Shown piece by piece: positions 9,325-19,469 of a stretch of DNA of 64,000 bases (its first letter is position 1; every line of letters begins with the position of its first letter). The stretch is from an uncultured Candidatus Rokubacteria bacterium (GTDB lineage: Bacteria > Methylomirabilota > Methylomirabilia > Rokubacteriales > DASRDR01): NCBI GenBank assembly GCA_963805625.1, contig CAWDVE010000010.1, positions 1,056,001-1,120,000 on the forward strand, written 5' to 3'. Both the position numbers and the translations under genes were made by a program. The notes below the pieces were generated by a model that saw only the letters and a list, made by a program, of their open reading frames with translations, was not told the origin of the DNA and searched no databases.

Positions 9325-11370
9325 TCAGCGTGACTTGCGCCCGAGGGCGGCGAGCGAGGCCTCGGCCTCGTCGAGCTCCACCGTGCTCGGCGGCGTCCCG
9401 CCGAACCGCGCGCGCTCGTAGAGCGTCGTCACGCGCGTGAACGCCGCACCGGCCGCCGGCCCGAGATCGAAGACGCGGCCGCTGAACTCCCGCGCGGTCT
9501 CGCCGGTGGCCGGGCGGAGACCCCGCCGCGCCGCGGCCCGGAGAGCGCGTCGGTAGAAGCCGGGTGGGCGGCTCCGCGTCGAGCCGAGCCCGCCCCGACG
9601 GTGACACCAGGCCGCCCACGCGCCAACGGCGCCGACCGCCAGGACGATGGCCAGGGCGCCCGCGCGGCCCAGGCGAGTCCGCGTCTCCGGATCGAGCCCG
9701 GCCGACCAGCCGCGAAGCCTCGCCAGCCGGAACTGCACCGACTGGACGGCTCGGATCTGGTCGTGGAGCGTCCAGTTCACCACGTAGCGGTGCCACTGGA
9801 GCCGGAGAGAGTCGAGGTAGAGGAACGCCGGCGTCCGGTCCGCGAGCACGTCGACGGTCGCCCGCGGCGTCGGGTCGAAGGTCACCCAGCCCCTGTCGGG
9901 AACGTACGCCTCGACCCAGGAGTGCGCGTCGTAGTACCGGACGATGTAGTACTGGCCGTACGGGTTCCACTCACCGCGCTGGAAGCCGTTGACGACCCGA
10001 GCCGGGACGCCAAGGCTCCTGAGCATCACCGCCATCGCCGCCGCGAAGTACTCGCAGTGGCCGGCACGGCGGACGAAGAGGAACTCCTGGAGCGGATCCA
10101 GCTGGCTCACCCGCTCGATGTCGAGGGTGTAGCGGAACTGGGTCCGCAGGAAGGCCTCCACGCGCCGGGCAATCTCCGACGGCGTCCGGCTCGTGCCCGC
10201 GACCTGTCGCGCGAGCGCCGGGATCGCCGGCGCCAGCACCGGGAGCTGCAGGTAACGCTCGAGCTGAACGTCGTCGAGGGGCGGCGCCAAGCGCGCGAGG
10301 GCCGCGCTCCGCACCGACGGGCCCTCCACCTCGGACTCGACCGTGTACCGGAGCCGGGCGCCGGGGGACGCCGTGGACAGCGCGCCCATGTCGTCCATCG
10401 CCAGCACCGAGGTGGCCATCGACAGGCGGAGGACCCGCGCGGCCGCGAACACCACCTCGGAGCCGATCGGCTCGAGGAAGATCTCCTGGCGCAGGAACAG
10501 GCCGCTCCCCCGCAGGAGACCGACGTCGAAGCCGCCCGAGCTTGGCTTGACCAGACGCGTCTGGCGGGGATACCGGACGCTCCAGGCCTGCCCGTCGAAG
10601 GTGTCCAGCACGACGCCCCGCCAGCGAAGGTTAGGGTACCGGTCGGGCTCGACCTCGTCGGGCAGGTGCACGCGCATGACGACGTTCGAGTCTGTGAGGA
10701 TGCGTCCGTACGACCCGAGCTCCACCCGCTCGGAGAAGCCGGTCATCATCTGACCGAGGCGCGCGCGGAGCGGCAGGGTCGCCAGCCCCACCCGCGGCAA
10801 CAAAAAGAAGAGGCCCCCCGCCACCAGGAACACCGACACGGCCGCGACGCTCGCCAGCACGGTCACGTAGCGCGTGGGCACCGCCTCGGTCCCCGCCGGA
10901 AGTCCGGTGTGACTCTCGCTCACAAGGTGCTGGAGGAGCGCGATCCAGCTGAGCAGCCCGACGAAGGCGACGAACGTGAAGAGGAACCCCACCCCGAACG
11001 CCGACCCCGAGGCCGCGACGAGCATGAAGAACGCGAGGAACGTGACCGTGCGCGAATCACGGACGCTCTGGAGCGTCGCGAGCTTGTAGAGCACCAGGAA
11101 GAGCAGGAGCCTCACCAGGGCGTCGAAGACGCTGTCGGCGAGGTAGGCGATGTCCACCACGGAGGCCAGCGCCGCGAGGGGAACGAGGACCCGGCCGCCC
11201 ACCAGGCGCCCGGCCCCCGACCGCGGCTGGAGGAGCCAGGCCACCACGAGGAGCACCGCCACGAGCAGGACACCGCGCGAACCGAGGAACTCGGCCAGGT
11301 AGAGGGCGAACAGGCCGTCCGCGACGAGAAGGTAGAGCGTGATCCGGAGGGCCAGCGGCACCATCATCAC
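9325..11370 (-). CDS. Transglutaminase TgpA-like membrane protein (DUF3488 + transglutaminase + DUF4129)
   Basis: Multi-TM N-terminus; GHCEYFA, DAHSWVE and WVTFDPTP catalytic triad motifs. Start overlaps the DUF58 stop. Confidence 0.9.
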   Translation of the reverse strand: MMMVPLALRITLYLLVADGLFALYLAEFLGSRGVLLVAVLLVVAWLLQPRSGAGRLVGGRVLVPLAALASVVDIAYLADSVFDALVRLLLFLVLYKLATLQSVRDSRTVTFLAFFMLVAASGSAFGVGFLFTFVAFVGLLSWIALLQHLVSESHTGLPAGTEAVPTRYVTVLASVAAVSVFLVAGGLFFLLPRVGLATLPLRARLGQMMTGFSERVELGSYGRILTDSNVVMRVHLPDEVEPDRYPNLRWRGVVLDTFDGQAWSVRYPRQTRLVKPSSGGFDVGLLRGSGLFLRQEIFLEPIGSEVVFAAARVLRLSMATSVLAMDDMGALSTASPGARLRYTVESEVEGPSVRSAALARLAPPLDDVQLERYLQLPVLAPAIPALARQVAGTSRTPSEIARRVEAFLRTQFRYTLDIERVSQLDPLQEFLFVRRAGHCEYFAAAMAVMLRSLGVPARVVNGFQRGEWNPYGQYYIVRYYDAHSWVEAYVPDRGWVTFDPTPRATVDVLADRTPAFLYLDSLRLQWHRYVVNWTLHDQIRAVQSVQFRLARLRGWSAGLDPETRTRLGRAGALAIVLAVGAVGAWAAWCHRRGGLGSTRSRPPGFYRRALRAAARRGLRPATGETAREFSGRVFDLGPAAGAAFTRVTTLYERARFGGTPPSTVELDEAEASLAALGRKSR

Positions 11371-12479
11371 GCGGAGTCCAGGCTGATGCGCGTCTCTCGG
11401 AGCCAGCCGTCCGAGGCAAGGCCGGCGCCAGCGCTCGGGCCGGGCGGGACGTAGAGCGCCAGCGCGGTCAGGATGCGCCGCTCCTGGCCACGCCCTCGGT
11501 CGAGGGGCACGGCTCCCGCGGCGCCTGCCAGCTCCACGCCGGTGCCGTTGCGGAGGAGGTGGACGGCGAGCGATGCCGCCTCCGACAGCGCCCGCTCGAG
11601 GCGCATCCCGTCCGCCGCGCCCGTGCCGGTGAGCACGATCCGCGTGTCCTCGGTCGCGTCCTCCTCGAGCTCCCTCACGATGAGGTTCCCCGACTTGGCG
11701 GTGGTGGGCCAGTGGATCAGGTGCGGCTCGTCGCCCGCCCGGTACGCGCGTAGGTTGTAGAGGTCGTGCCCTCGGCCGCGCCGGCGAGCCGCGGCCTCGC
11801 CGTTCGCGGCCTCGCGGATCTCCCGCGGGCGCATCGGATGGACGGCCGGGAACACGAGGACCTCCTCGTCGAAGAGGAGCGGCGGGCCGATCTTGACGAA
11901 GAGCCCGAAGGGAAAGGCCGTGGCCGCGCGGAGCCTCGGAAGCCGCCGCCGGCCGCGGGCGGCGAGCGTGATCTCCCACCCCACGACCCGCTCGGTCCCG
12001 GCAGGAATCCGCGACACGTAGGCGAGCCGCCGGGGAGTCCCGAGACCCCGCCGGTCCTTCAGCCCGATGGCGCGGAGCCAGTCGTCGAGGGTGTGGCGAG
12101 GCCGCCAGGGGGCGAACAGCCCGCTCCGGCCCGGCAGCGGACGATCCAGCGCCTCGAGCGCGACCGAGTAGGACGCGAGCCGCCGCTTCCGGTTGGCCAG
12201 CACGATGGTGACGAGCGCGGGCTGGGTGGCGTGGATCGCGTCCGGCAGGGTCACGGTCACGTGGAGGCCGCGGATGGTGAGGTCCGAGAGCATGCCCGAC
12301 ACGATGATCAGGGCGAGAAGCATGGAGCAGAGGAGATACGCGAGGTTGTTGCCCGTATTCACCGCGGCGACGCCGAGCCCCACCGCCGCGAACACGCACC
12401 ACCAGCCGTCGCGGGTCGGGCGGATGGCCTTCGTCCGCCGCCACCACCAGCTCGCCAGGCGCCGCGCCAGGTGGATCAT
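11367..12479 (-). CDS. DUF58 domain protein
   Basis: NTGNNL, FPFGLF, LRAYRAGD..IHW..TAK. Lies between MoxR and TgpA. Confidence 0.88.
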   Translation of the reverse strand: MIHLARRLASWWWRRTKAIRPTRDGWWCVFAAVGLGVAAVNTGNNLAYLLCSMLLALIIVSGMLSDLTIRGLHVTVTLPDAIHATQPALVTIVLANRKRRLASYSVALEALDRPLPGRSGLFAPWRPRHTLDDWLRAIGLKDRRGLGTPRRLAYVSRIPAGTERVVGWEITLAARGRRRLPRLRAATAFPFGLFVKIGPPLLFDEEVLVFPAVHPMRPREIREAANGEAAARRRGRGHDLYNLRAYRAGDEPHLIHWPTTAKSGNLIVRELEEDATEDTRIVLTGTGAADGMRLERALSEAASLAVHLLRNGTGVELAGAAGAVPLDRGRGQERRILTALALYVPPGPSAGAGLASDGWLRETRISLDSA

Positions 12480-12537
12480 TCAGTGGTGGTCGAACAGTGG
12501 TGGTCGAACCTCTGGGGCGTCGTCTCGCGCCCCCCGG

Positions 12538-13482
<945 letters not shown>

Positions 13483-13622
13483 GGCGAGGATTATCGCATG
13501 CAGGGCCCGTGCCGGCCGGATGGTCTCGCCAGCGGCGACCGCCCCCTCTCTGATCCGGTGGATACGGGCGGCGATCTTCCCTCCCGTGGCGATTTTCCCG
13601 GCCCCAGGAGTGCGAGCCGGCC

Positions 13623-13974
13623 CTAGAACTGGGCAGGCTCGAGCGCCACGGCCAGGGCCTCGAGCCCACGGAGAGTGCTTGACGGTCGCCAGATCGGGCG
13701 CTCCGCGGCAAGGGTGAGTGCCGGAAATCGTCGTAACACGGTCCCGATCGCCACCTGAGCCTCCAGCCGGGCGACCAGGGCGCCGAGGCAGTAGTGGATC
13801 CCCGACCCGAACGCGAGATGGCGCGGCTCCGTCACGCCCGAGATCGAGCCGGTCGGGCTCGGCGAAGTGCGCGGGGTCGCGGTTCGCCGCGCCGAGAAGA
13901 CCGAGGACGGAACAGCGCCTGGTGGGGTACGGGTCCGCGAGGAACTCGGAATCGAGGAAGTTCAACTCGCGCAT
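13623..13974 (-). pseudogene. Cytochrome P450 remnant (internal deletion plus frameshift)
   Basis: N-terminal [17 protein letters not shown] is joined directly to [15 protein letters not shown], then a frameshift to the [13 protein letters not shown] heme motif and C-terminus. Confidence 0.88.
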
Positions 13975-14197
13975 GCGCGCCCTCCGACGGGGCGAGTGTA
14001 GCGCGGACGCCGATCCCGGACCGTCACAGAAGATTCACCGTCCGCTGACAACGCTGACATCGCGCCACGCAATGCTTGGGCGGCCGGTCCGCGGGGCCGG
14101 AGGAGGTACGCCATGGCGACGAGACCACTCCACGTCCTACCCCCGCACTGACGTTCCCCGAGAGCGGCCCGTCGCTGTCCCGGCAGTCCCGGGCCTG

Positions 14198-15136
14198 CTA
14201 GCCGAAGATCGCCTCCGGCAGGAACGCAGAGACGATCCAGTTCGGCGCGTCGACGATCTCGCTGATGCGGAGGTCGGCGGCGACGCTCGTGACGACGTAG
14301 GCCTCCTCGCGCGTGAGCCCGCGCTCCGCCACCAGGTGCTCGATCAGGTAGCGGACGGCCTGCTGGGCTGAGAGGAAAAGATCAGGCCCATGGGCCGTCG
14401 TCGCGAACTCGGCGCCACGGCTCGGCTGCGGCCCGGCGGTCCGGAACTGGGGCTCGCGGAGTGGGCGCCCCTGGCGGAGCCCGACCCGGAGCGTGACGCG
14501 GGCCGACATCTCGACGGCGCTGATGCAGACCTCCCCGTCGCCCTGGGCGCCGTGGGCGTCGCCGACGGACAGGAGGCCCCCCTCGACCCACACGGGAAGG
14601 TACACGGTCGTCCCCGCGGTGAGCTGCTTGATGTCCATGTTCCCGCCGTTCTTCCGGGGCGGCATCGTGGTGTGGCCGCCGGGCTCGTCCAGCGCGGTCC
14701 CCAGGACTCCGGGGAACGGCGCGAGCGGCACGGCCACGCGCGCGCCCGAATGCGCGTGCATCCGCGCGAACGCGCCGTCCTCGAGGTTCCAGATCTGGAG
14801 GAACGCGTCCGGGAAGTCGGCCTCCGGCAGGAGCCCGCGGCCGGGGCGGATGTGGGTCCACCCGAAGGGCGCCGGCTCCACCTCGACGATGTCGACAACC
14901 AGGACGTCCCCCGGCCGAGCACCGCGCACCGCGACCGGGCCCGTGAGCGGATGGCCCTTCATGGGCCCGCGCGCGGCCGTGTCCCGGCTCGTGGACGCGG
15001 GCGTGTAGTAGCCGTCCGCGGCGTCGCGCGTATCGAGGATGAGCGTGTCGCCGGGCTCCGCCACCAGGCGCGGCGGGATCGCGTTGTTCCATTCGTAGTG
15101 CACGACGGCGGCGTCGAGCCGGCGAGTCTCGGACGT
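14198..15136 (-). CDS. Acetamidase/formamidase family protein (start uncertain)
   Basis: GHPLTGPV, GGNMD, SVGDAHGAQGDGEV, ISEIVDAPN motifs. Confidence 0.9.
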   Translation of the reverse strand, partial: TSETRRLDAAVVHYEWNNAIPPRLVAEPGDTLILDTRDAADGYYTPASTSRDTAARGPMKGHPLTGPVAVRGARPGDVLVVDIVEVEPAPFGWTHIRPGRGLLPEADFPDAFLQIWNLEDGAFARMHAHSGARVAVPLAPFPGVLGTALDEPGGHTTMPPRKNGGNMDIKQLTAGTTVYLPVWVEGGLLSVGDAHGAQGDGEVCISAVEMSARVTLRVGLRQGRPLREPQFRTAGPQPSRGAEFATTAHGPDLFLSAQQAVRYLIEHLVAERGLTREEAYVVTSVAADLRISEIVDAPNWIVSAFLPEAIFG

Positions 15137-15213
15137 GGGGACCTCCTCCTCCTCGAGCGCGAGCGGGTTCGGGGCGCCCGACGCCCTCGTGGGCGCTAGT
15201 GTATCGTACCGGC

Positions 15214-16170
15214 GTGGCACGTCCCCTCATCCTCCTGTGGCTCGACGAGGCGGAGGTCTACGCGCGGGCCGTCGAGCGCGCGGGACTCGGCGGGCGCGTG
15301 GAGCTGGCTACCGTCAAGACTGGGGAGACGTCGGGGCCGGCCCTGCTGGGCCGCGTGGAGGGAGCCCTCGCGTGGCGGATCCCGCGCGGCACCTTCGCCG
15401 CCGCACCGCGCCTCCGCTGGGTGCAGACGCTCACGGCTGGCGTCGAGGGGTGGCTCGCGCGCGCGGACCTCCCGCCCGCGCTGACGCTCACCTGCGCGCG
15501 CGGCACCCACCACGTCCAGATGCCGGAGAACATCCTCGGGGCGCTCTTCCATCTCACGAAGCCTTTCGCGGCCGTCCAGCGCGACCAGGAGGCACGCCGA
15601 TGGACGCGCCGCGTCTCGGAGCCCCTCGCGGGCAAGACGCTCGGCATCCTGGGACTCGGCGCGATCGGCCAGGAGGTGGCGCGGAAGGCCGCAGCGCTCG
15701 AGCTGACCGTCATCGGGACCCGGCGCGAGCCGGCGCCCGTCCCGCACGTGGCGCGCGTCCTTCCCCCCGAGGGGGCGGGCGAGGTCCTCGGCGCGGCGGA
15801 CTTCGTGCTCCTCCTTCTCCCGGTGACGCCGGCCACCCGCGACTTCATGAACGCCGGACGGCTCGCCGAGATGCGCCCAACGGCGTGGCTCCTCAACTAC
15901 GGGCGGGGCGAGCTGGTCGTCGACGCCGACCTCGTCGACGCCGTGAAGCGACACGTCATCGCGGGCGCCGTCCTCGACGTCTTCCGGACCGAGCCCCTGC
16001 CGGACGACCACCCGTTCTGGACGACGCCCGGCATCACCGTGCTTCCCCACTTCGGAGGGCTCCACCCCACCCGCGACGAGCTGGTGGCCGCCCTCTTCGT
16101 GGAGAACCTCCGGCGGTTCCTCGACGGCGCGCCGCTCCAGCACGTCGTCGATCGCACACGCGGCTACTGA
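15214..16170 (+). CDS. D-2-hydroxyacid dehydrogenase (GhrA-like)
   Basis: GILGLGAIG, NYGRG, DVFRTEPLP, PH motifs. Confidence 0.9.
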   Translation: MARPLILLWLDEAEVYARAVERAGLGGRVELATVKTGETSGPALLGRVEGALAWRIPRGTFAAAPRLRWVQTLTAGVEGWLARADLPPALTLTCARGTHHVQMPENILGALFHLTKPFAAVQRDQEARRWTRRVSEPLAGKTLGILGLGAIGQEVARKAAALELTVIGTRREPAPVPHVARVLPPEGAGEVLGAADFVLLLLPVTPATRDFMNAGRLAEMRPTAWLLNYGRGELVVDADLVDAVKRHVIAGAVLDVFRTEPLPDDHPFWTTPGITVLPHFGGLHPTRDELVAALFVENLRRFLDGAPLQHVVDRTRGY

Positions 16171-16193
16171 ACGACATCGCGGCCGGCGACGCG

Positions 16194-17045
16194 GTGAACG
16201 TCCTGTCCATCCAGTCGAGCGTGGTCTACGGGCGCGTGGGAAACCGCGCCGCGGTGCCCGTGCTCGAGCGCCTCGGCCACGACGTCTGGCCGCTCGACAC
16301 CGTCGCCTTCTCGAACCATCCGGCGCACGGCACGTTCCGCGGGCGGATCGTCCCCGCCGCCGAGGTGGCGGCGCTGGTCGAGGGCCTCGCCGCCCGGGGC
16401 GTGTTCGGCCGCTGCGACGCGGTCCTCTCGGGTTATCTGGGCGAGCCGGCGACGGCCGCGGTGGTCGCGGACGCGGTCGTGCGGATGCGGGCCGCCCATG
16501 GCGGCGCACTCTTCTGCTGCGATCCGGTCATCGGGGAGGTCGGGCGCGGCGTGTACGTGCGCGCAGGGATCCAGGAGGCCATCCGCGACCGCCTCGTCCC
16601 CTTGGCGGACGTCGTCACGCCGAACCCGTTCGAGCTGGAGCTCCTCACGGGCGTGGCGCCCGCGACGCTCGACACGACGCGTGCCGCGGTGCGAACCCTG
16701 GTCGGCCAGGGGCCGGGTCTGGTCGTCGCTACCGGCCTCCGACTGGCCGAGGCGCCCGGCGAGCTGGCAGTCCTGGCCGCCACCCGTGACGAGGCGTGGC
16801 TCGTTCGTCACCCCCGGCGGACCGTGCGCGTCTGGGGCACCGGTGACGCCTTCGCCGCGCTGTTCCTCGGCGTCTATCTGGGCCGTCGTGACGCCCCGGC
16901 CGCGCTGGAGCATGCCGTCGCCGCGCTGGACGAGGTGCTCGCCGTCGCCGAAGCGCTGGACGCCGACGAGCTGCCGCTGGTCCTCGCCCAGGACGCCATT
17001 GTCCACCCACGCGCGCGCTTCTCGGCAGAGCGTCTCGGCGGGTGA
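16194..17045 (+). CDS. pdxY: Pyridoxal kinase
   Basis: VLSIQSSVVYGRVGNRAA, SGYLG, CDPV, TPNPFE, GTGD motifs. Confidence 0.9.
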   Translation: MNVLSIQSSVVYGRVGNRAAVPVLERLGHDVWPLDTVAFSNHPAHGTFRGRIVPAAEVAALVEGLAARGVFGRCDAVLSGYLGEPATAAVVADAVVRMRAAHGGALFCCDPVIGEVGRGVYVRAGIQEAIRDRLVPLADVVTPNPFELELLTGVAPATLDTTRAAVRTLVGQGPGLVVATGLRLAEAPGELAVLAATRDEAWLVRHPRRTVRVWGTGDAFAALFLGVYLGRRDAPAALEHAVAALDEVLAVAEALDADELPLVLAQDAIVHPRARFSAERLGG

Positions 17046-17121
17046 AGGGAGGCGCCCGTGGCCCCTCACCTCAAGTAAAGACTGAAGCTCGGTGTTCGAT
17101 CACGTCGTTCCGGGAGGAAGG

Positions 17122-18033
17122 ATGACCAAAGGTGAGATCGGATTCGTGGGGCTCGGCCGGATGGGGCTCCCCATGGCCCGGAACCTGGCCGCGGCCGGCT
17201 ACCGCGTCCACGTCCACGACGTCGCCCTGCCGGCGATGGAGCGCGCGGCTCGAGCGGCGGGGGTCGTGCCCCACGCCTCGGCCGGCGAGGTTGCGGGCGC
17301 GTCGGCCGTCGTGTTCACGGCCCTCCCGAACGATGCCATCGTGCGGGAGACCTACCTCGGCCCGGCGGGCCTCCTCGCCGGGGGTCGCCCCGGCCTCGTG
17401 ACCTGCGACTGCTCCACCGTTAGCCCCGGCGCCACGCTGGAGGTCCACCAGGCGGCGAAGGCCCGCGGGATCCATCACCTCGACACGCCGATGCTGGGGT
17501 CGTCGCCCCAGGCCGAGTCGGGCGAAATCTTCTTTATGGTCGGGGGTGACGCGGCGCAGATGCCGGTGATCCAGCCACTCCTCGACGTGATGGGGCGCCT
17601 CACCATGCACGTCGGGCCGGCGGGCACTGGCAACCGGATCAAGCTCCTCCACAACGCGCTGGGCGCGGTGAACGCGGTCGCGGTGGCCGAGTCGCTCGCG
17701 CTGTGCGACGCGGTCGGCGTCGACCCGCGGACCTACTACCAGGTGGTGAAGAACGGCGGCGGCATGGCCTACTCGACCTACTTCGACCGGCGGGTGCTGC
17801 GGGTGGTCGACGGGAACTACGACCCCACATTCACGCTCGATCTGATGCTCAAGGACGTGACCCTCGCCAGCGAGATGGCCGGGGACCTCCTCTCTAAGCT
17901 GCCGATCCTCCGCGAGACGCTGGCGGCGTACGCGGAGGGTCAGCGGCGCGGTGCCGGGCCGGAGGACTTCTCGGCGGTCACCCACGTCCTCGAGGGCCGC
18001 CTCGGCCACCGCCTCTTCGAATCCACGCCCTGA
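17122..18033 (+). CDS. NAD(P)-dependent oxidoreductase, 3-hydroxyisobutyrate dehydrogenase family
   Basis: GFVGLGRMG.PMA.NL, DCSTV, KLLHN, F.L.LMLKD motifs. Confidence 0.9.
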   Translation: MTKGEIGFVGLGRMGLPMARNLAAAGYRVHVHDVALPAMERAARAAGVVPHASAGEVAGASAVVFTALPNDAIVRETYLGPAGLLAGGRPGLVTCDCSTVSPGATLEVHQAAKARGIHHLDTPMLGSSPQAESGEIFFMVGGDAAQMPVIQPLLDVMGRLTMHVGPAGTGNRIKLLHNALGAVNAVAVAESLALCDAVGVDPRTYYQVVKNGGGMAYSTYFDRRVLRVVDGNYDPTFTLDLMLKDVTLASEMAGDLLSKLPILRETLAAYAEGQRRGAGPEDFSAVTHVLEGRLGHRLFESTP

Positions 18034-18045
18034 TTTCAAACTCCG

Positions 18046-18233
18046 GGGTCAGACCCCGATTTTGGCGTTCGGCACCGAGGTATCCAGTCTCACACTTGGG
18101 GGCCTGACCCCGGTTTTGGTTTCCCTCGGGGTCAGGCCTTGACTTCCCTACACTTCCCGACGCAACGCGAGATGCATGGAAATCAATTGCCTGACCCCGA
18201 GCGAGCCTCGATCAACGCCGGCGCTTCCGTATC
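18046..18233. repeat. Direct repeat copy A (about 190 bp; two REP-like hairpins plus a gene-end segment)
   Basis: Aligns by eye to 18736-18924 with scattered mismatches and indels. Contains GGGGTCAGACCCC...GGGGCCTGACCCC and GGGGTCAGGCCTTGACTTCC...GGAAATCAATTGCCTGACCCC. Confidence 0.92.
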
Positions 18234-18613
18234 ATCGCCGGCGTGACCGAGCTTGTGATGCCCACTCCGAGGCTCACCTCGAAGAGGGCGTTGCGTGCCG
18301 CGGACTGCTCGGCCACACCCGCGACGGTCTTCTGGTCCTCCGTAACCGCGATGAACCTGCCGTTGGCGTCGGGCCCGACGCGCTGGCCGCTGGTCACGGC
18401 GTCGCCGGCGAGGCATCTGTACGTGCCGATCACGCCGATGTTGCCCGAGTCCCCGTCACGGATGTCCTCGAGCGCCACGCCGTAGAGCACGTCGGTGTCT
18501 GCGGCGCAGGGCGCGATCCCGCCATCCGCGGAGAGCTTCACGGCGAAGCCCTGCTTGATTGTGGAGCCCGTCGTGTTCTTCTTCCGCTGCGTCAGGACCA
18601 GGAACTCTGCCAT
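18212..18613 (-). CDS. Phage capsid cement/decoration protein-like (DUF2190-like)
   Basis: 133 aa, Gly/Ala/Val-rich beta pattern (VLYGVALED...AGDAVTSGQRVGPDANGRFI...VAGVA) typical of DUF2190. AGGAG RBS. Confidence 0.7.
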   Translation of the reverse strand: MAEFLVLTQRKKNTTGSTIKQGFAVKLSADGGIAPCAADTDVLYGVALEDIRDGDSGNIGVIGTYRCLAGDAVTSGQRVGPDANGRFIAVTEDQKTVAGVAEQSAARNALFEVSLGVGITSSVTPAMIRKRRR

Positions 18614-18655
18614 GGTGGTTTCTCCTGTTTGCTCCGGGAGTTAGCGGCGCACGCC

Positions 18656-18735
18656 TCAGTGGGCCGCGCTCAGGTTCACGAAGGGCCCCTCGCGCTTCGC
18701 CTCACACGCGAGCTCGAAGACGGTGTCGTAGTCGA
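18656..18735 (-). pseudogene. 3' end of a truncated gene, possibly a phage protease/scaffold
   Basis: LDYDTVFELACEAKREGPFVNLSAAH* is cut off at repeat copy B and lies immediately upstream of the cement-like gene. Confidence 0.35.
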
Positions 18736-18924
18736 GGGTCAGACCCTGATTTTGGCGTTCGGCACCGAGGTATCCAGTCTCAAACTCGGGGTCTAGCCCC
18801 GGTTTTGGTTTCCCTCGGGGTCGGCCTTGACTTCCGTACACTTCGCGACACGCGACGCGAGATGCATGGAAATCAACGCCTGACCCCGAGCCGGGGCTTC
18901 GATCAGCGCAGGCGATTCCGCATC
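18736..18924. repeat. Direct repeat copy B
   Basis: Homologous to 18046-18233 at an offset of about 690 bp. Includes the last codons of the 176-aa gene. Confidence 0.92.
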
Positions 18925-19433
18925 GACACGTCGGCTTGTGACACAACCTGGGAACGGAACTGTTCCTGAGAGCGGAACTGTTCCTGGGATCTCGACGCCG
19001 AGGAGAACGTCGCCTCGATCAGGATGTCGTTGAGTGTCCCGGAGCAGGGGTCCAGCCGCAGCAACACGTCATCCTTGTCGTAGTCCCAAAACATGACCCC
19101 CGTCTCCCAGAAGACGTTCCGTGCGACCAGGCCGGTTTCGTCCATCGTGGACGGGCCATGGGCCACGGTCCCGGCTATGGCGTTCGTGACAGGAGTCCCG
19201 TCACCGTGCACGAGGAAGATGGCCGGTCTCGGCAGGTTGTAGAAGCTGCCCTCGAAGGTGAAGGCGTAGATCCGAGCCAGCTTCGGCTTGTCAGAGCCGG
19301 CGAACTTGAGCTGTTTGAGGAGGAAGCCGCTATCGCCCTTACCCGTCCCATACGACGACGAGCTCAGCGTCACGTCGTCCAGCTTTCGACCATACAGCTT
19401 GACACTCGATTCGCTCAGTAGGGTCTCTGCCAT
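18903..19433 (-). CDS. Hypothetical 176-aa protein with C-terminal tandem RSQEQF repeats; candidate YcaO/TfuA substrate or precursor
   Basis: GGAGG RBS; last gene of the YcaO-TfuA operon; 18-bp tandem repeat at 18948-18992. Confidence 0.8.
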   Translation of the reverse strand: MAETLLSESSVKLYGRKLDDVTLSSSSYGTGKGDSGFLLKQLKFAGSDKPKLARIYAFTFEGSFYNLPRPAIFLVHGDGTPVTNAIAGTVAHGPSTMDETGLVARNVFWETGVMFWDYDKDDVLLRLDPCSGTLNDILIEATFSSASRSQEQFRSQEQFRSQVVSQADVSMRNRLR

Positions 19434-19469
19434 GTCACACCTCCCTCAGCGTGTCCGCGATTGTGTCGG

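Noticed and set aside
18212-18735. Intact prophage or encapsulin system
   Set aside because: No capsid, terminase, portal, integrase or encapsulin shell gene is present in the window.
18046-18924. Direct repeats flanking a phage fragment read as a CRISPR array or integron cassette
   Set aside because: There are only two roughly 190-bp imperfect copies with a 500-bp insert, no cas or intI gene, and no clear attC core sites.
18656-18946. 96-aa minus-strand ORF
   Set aside because: Mostly a translation of repeat copy B. Only the last roughly 26 codons look like a real gene remnant.
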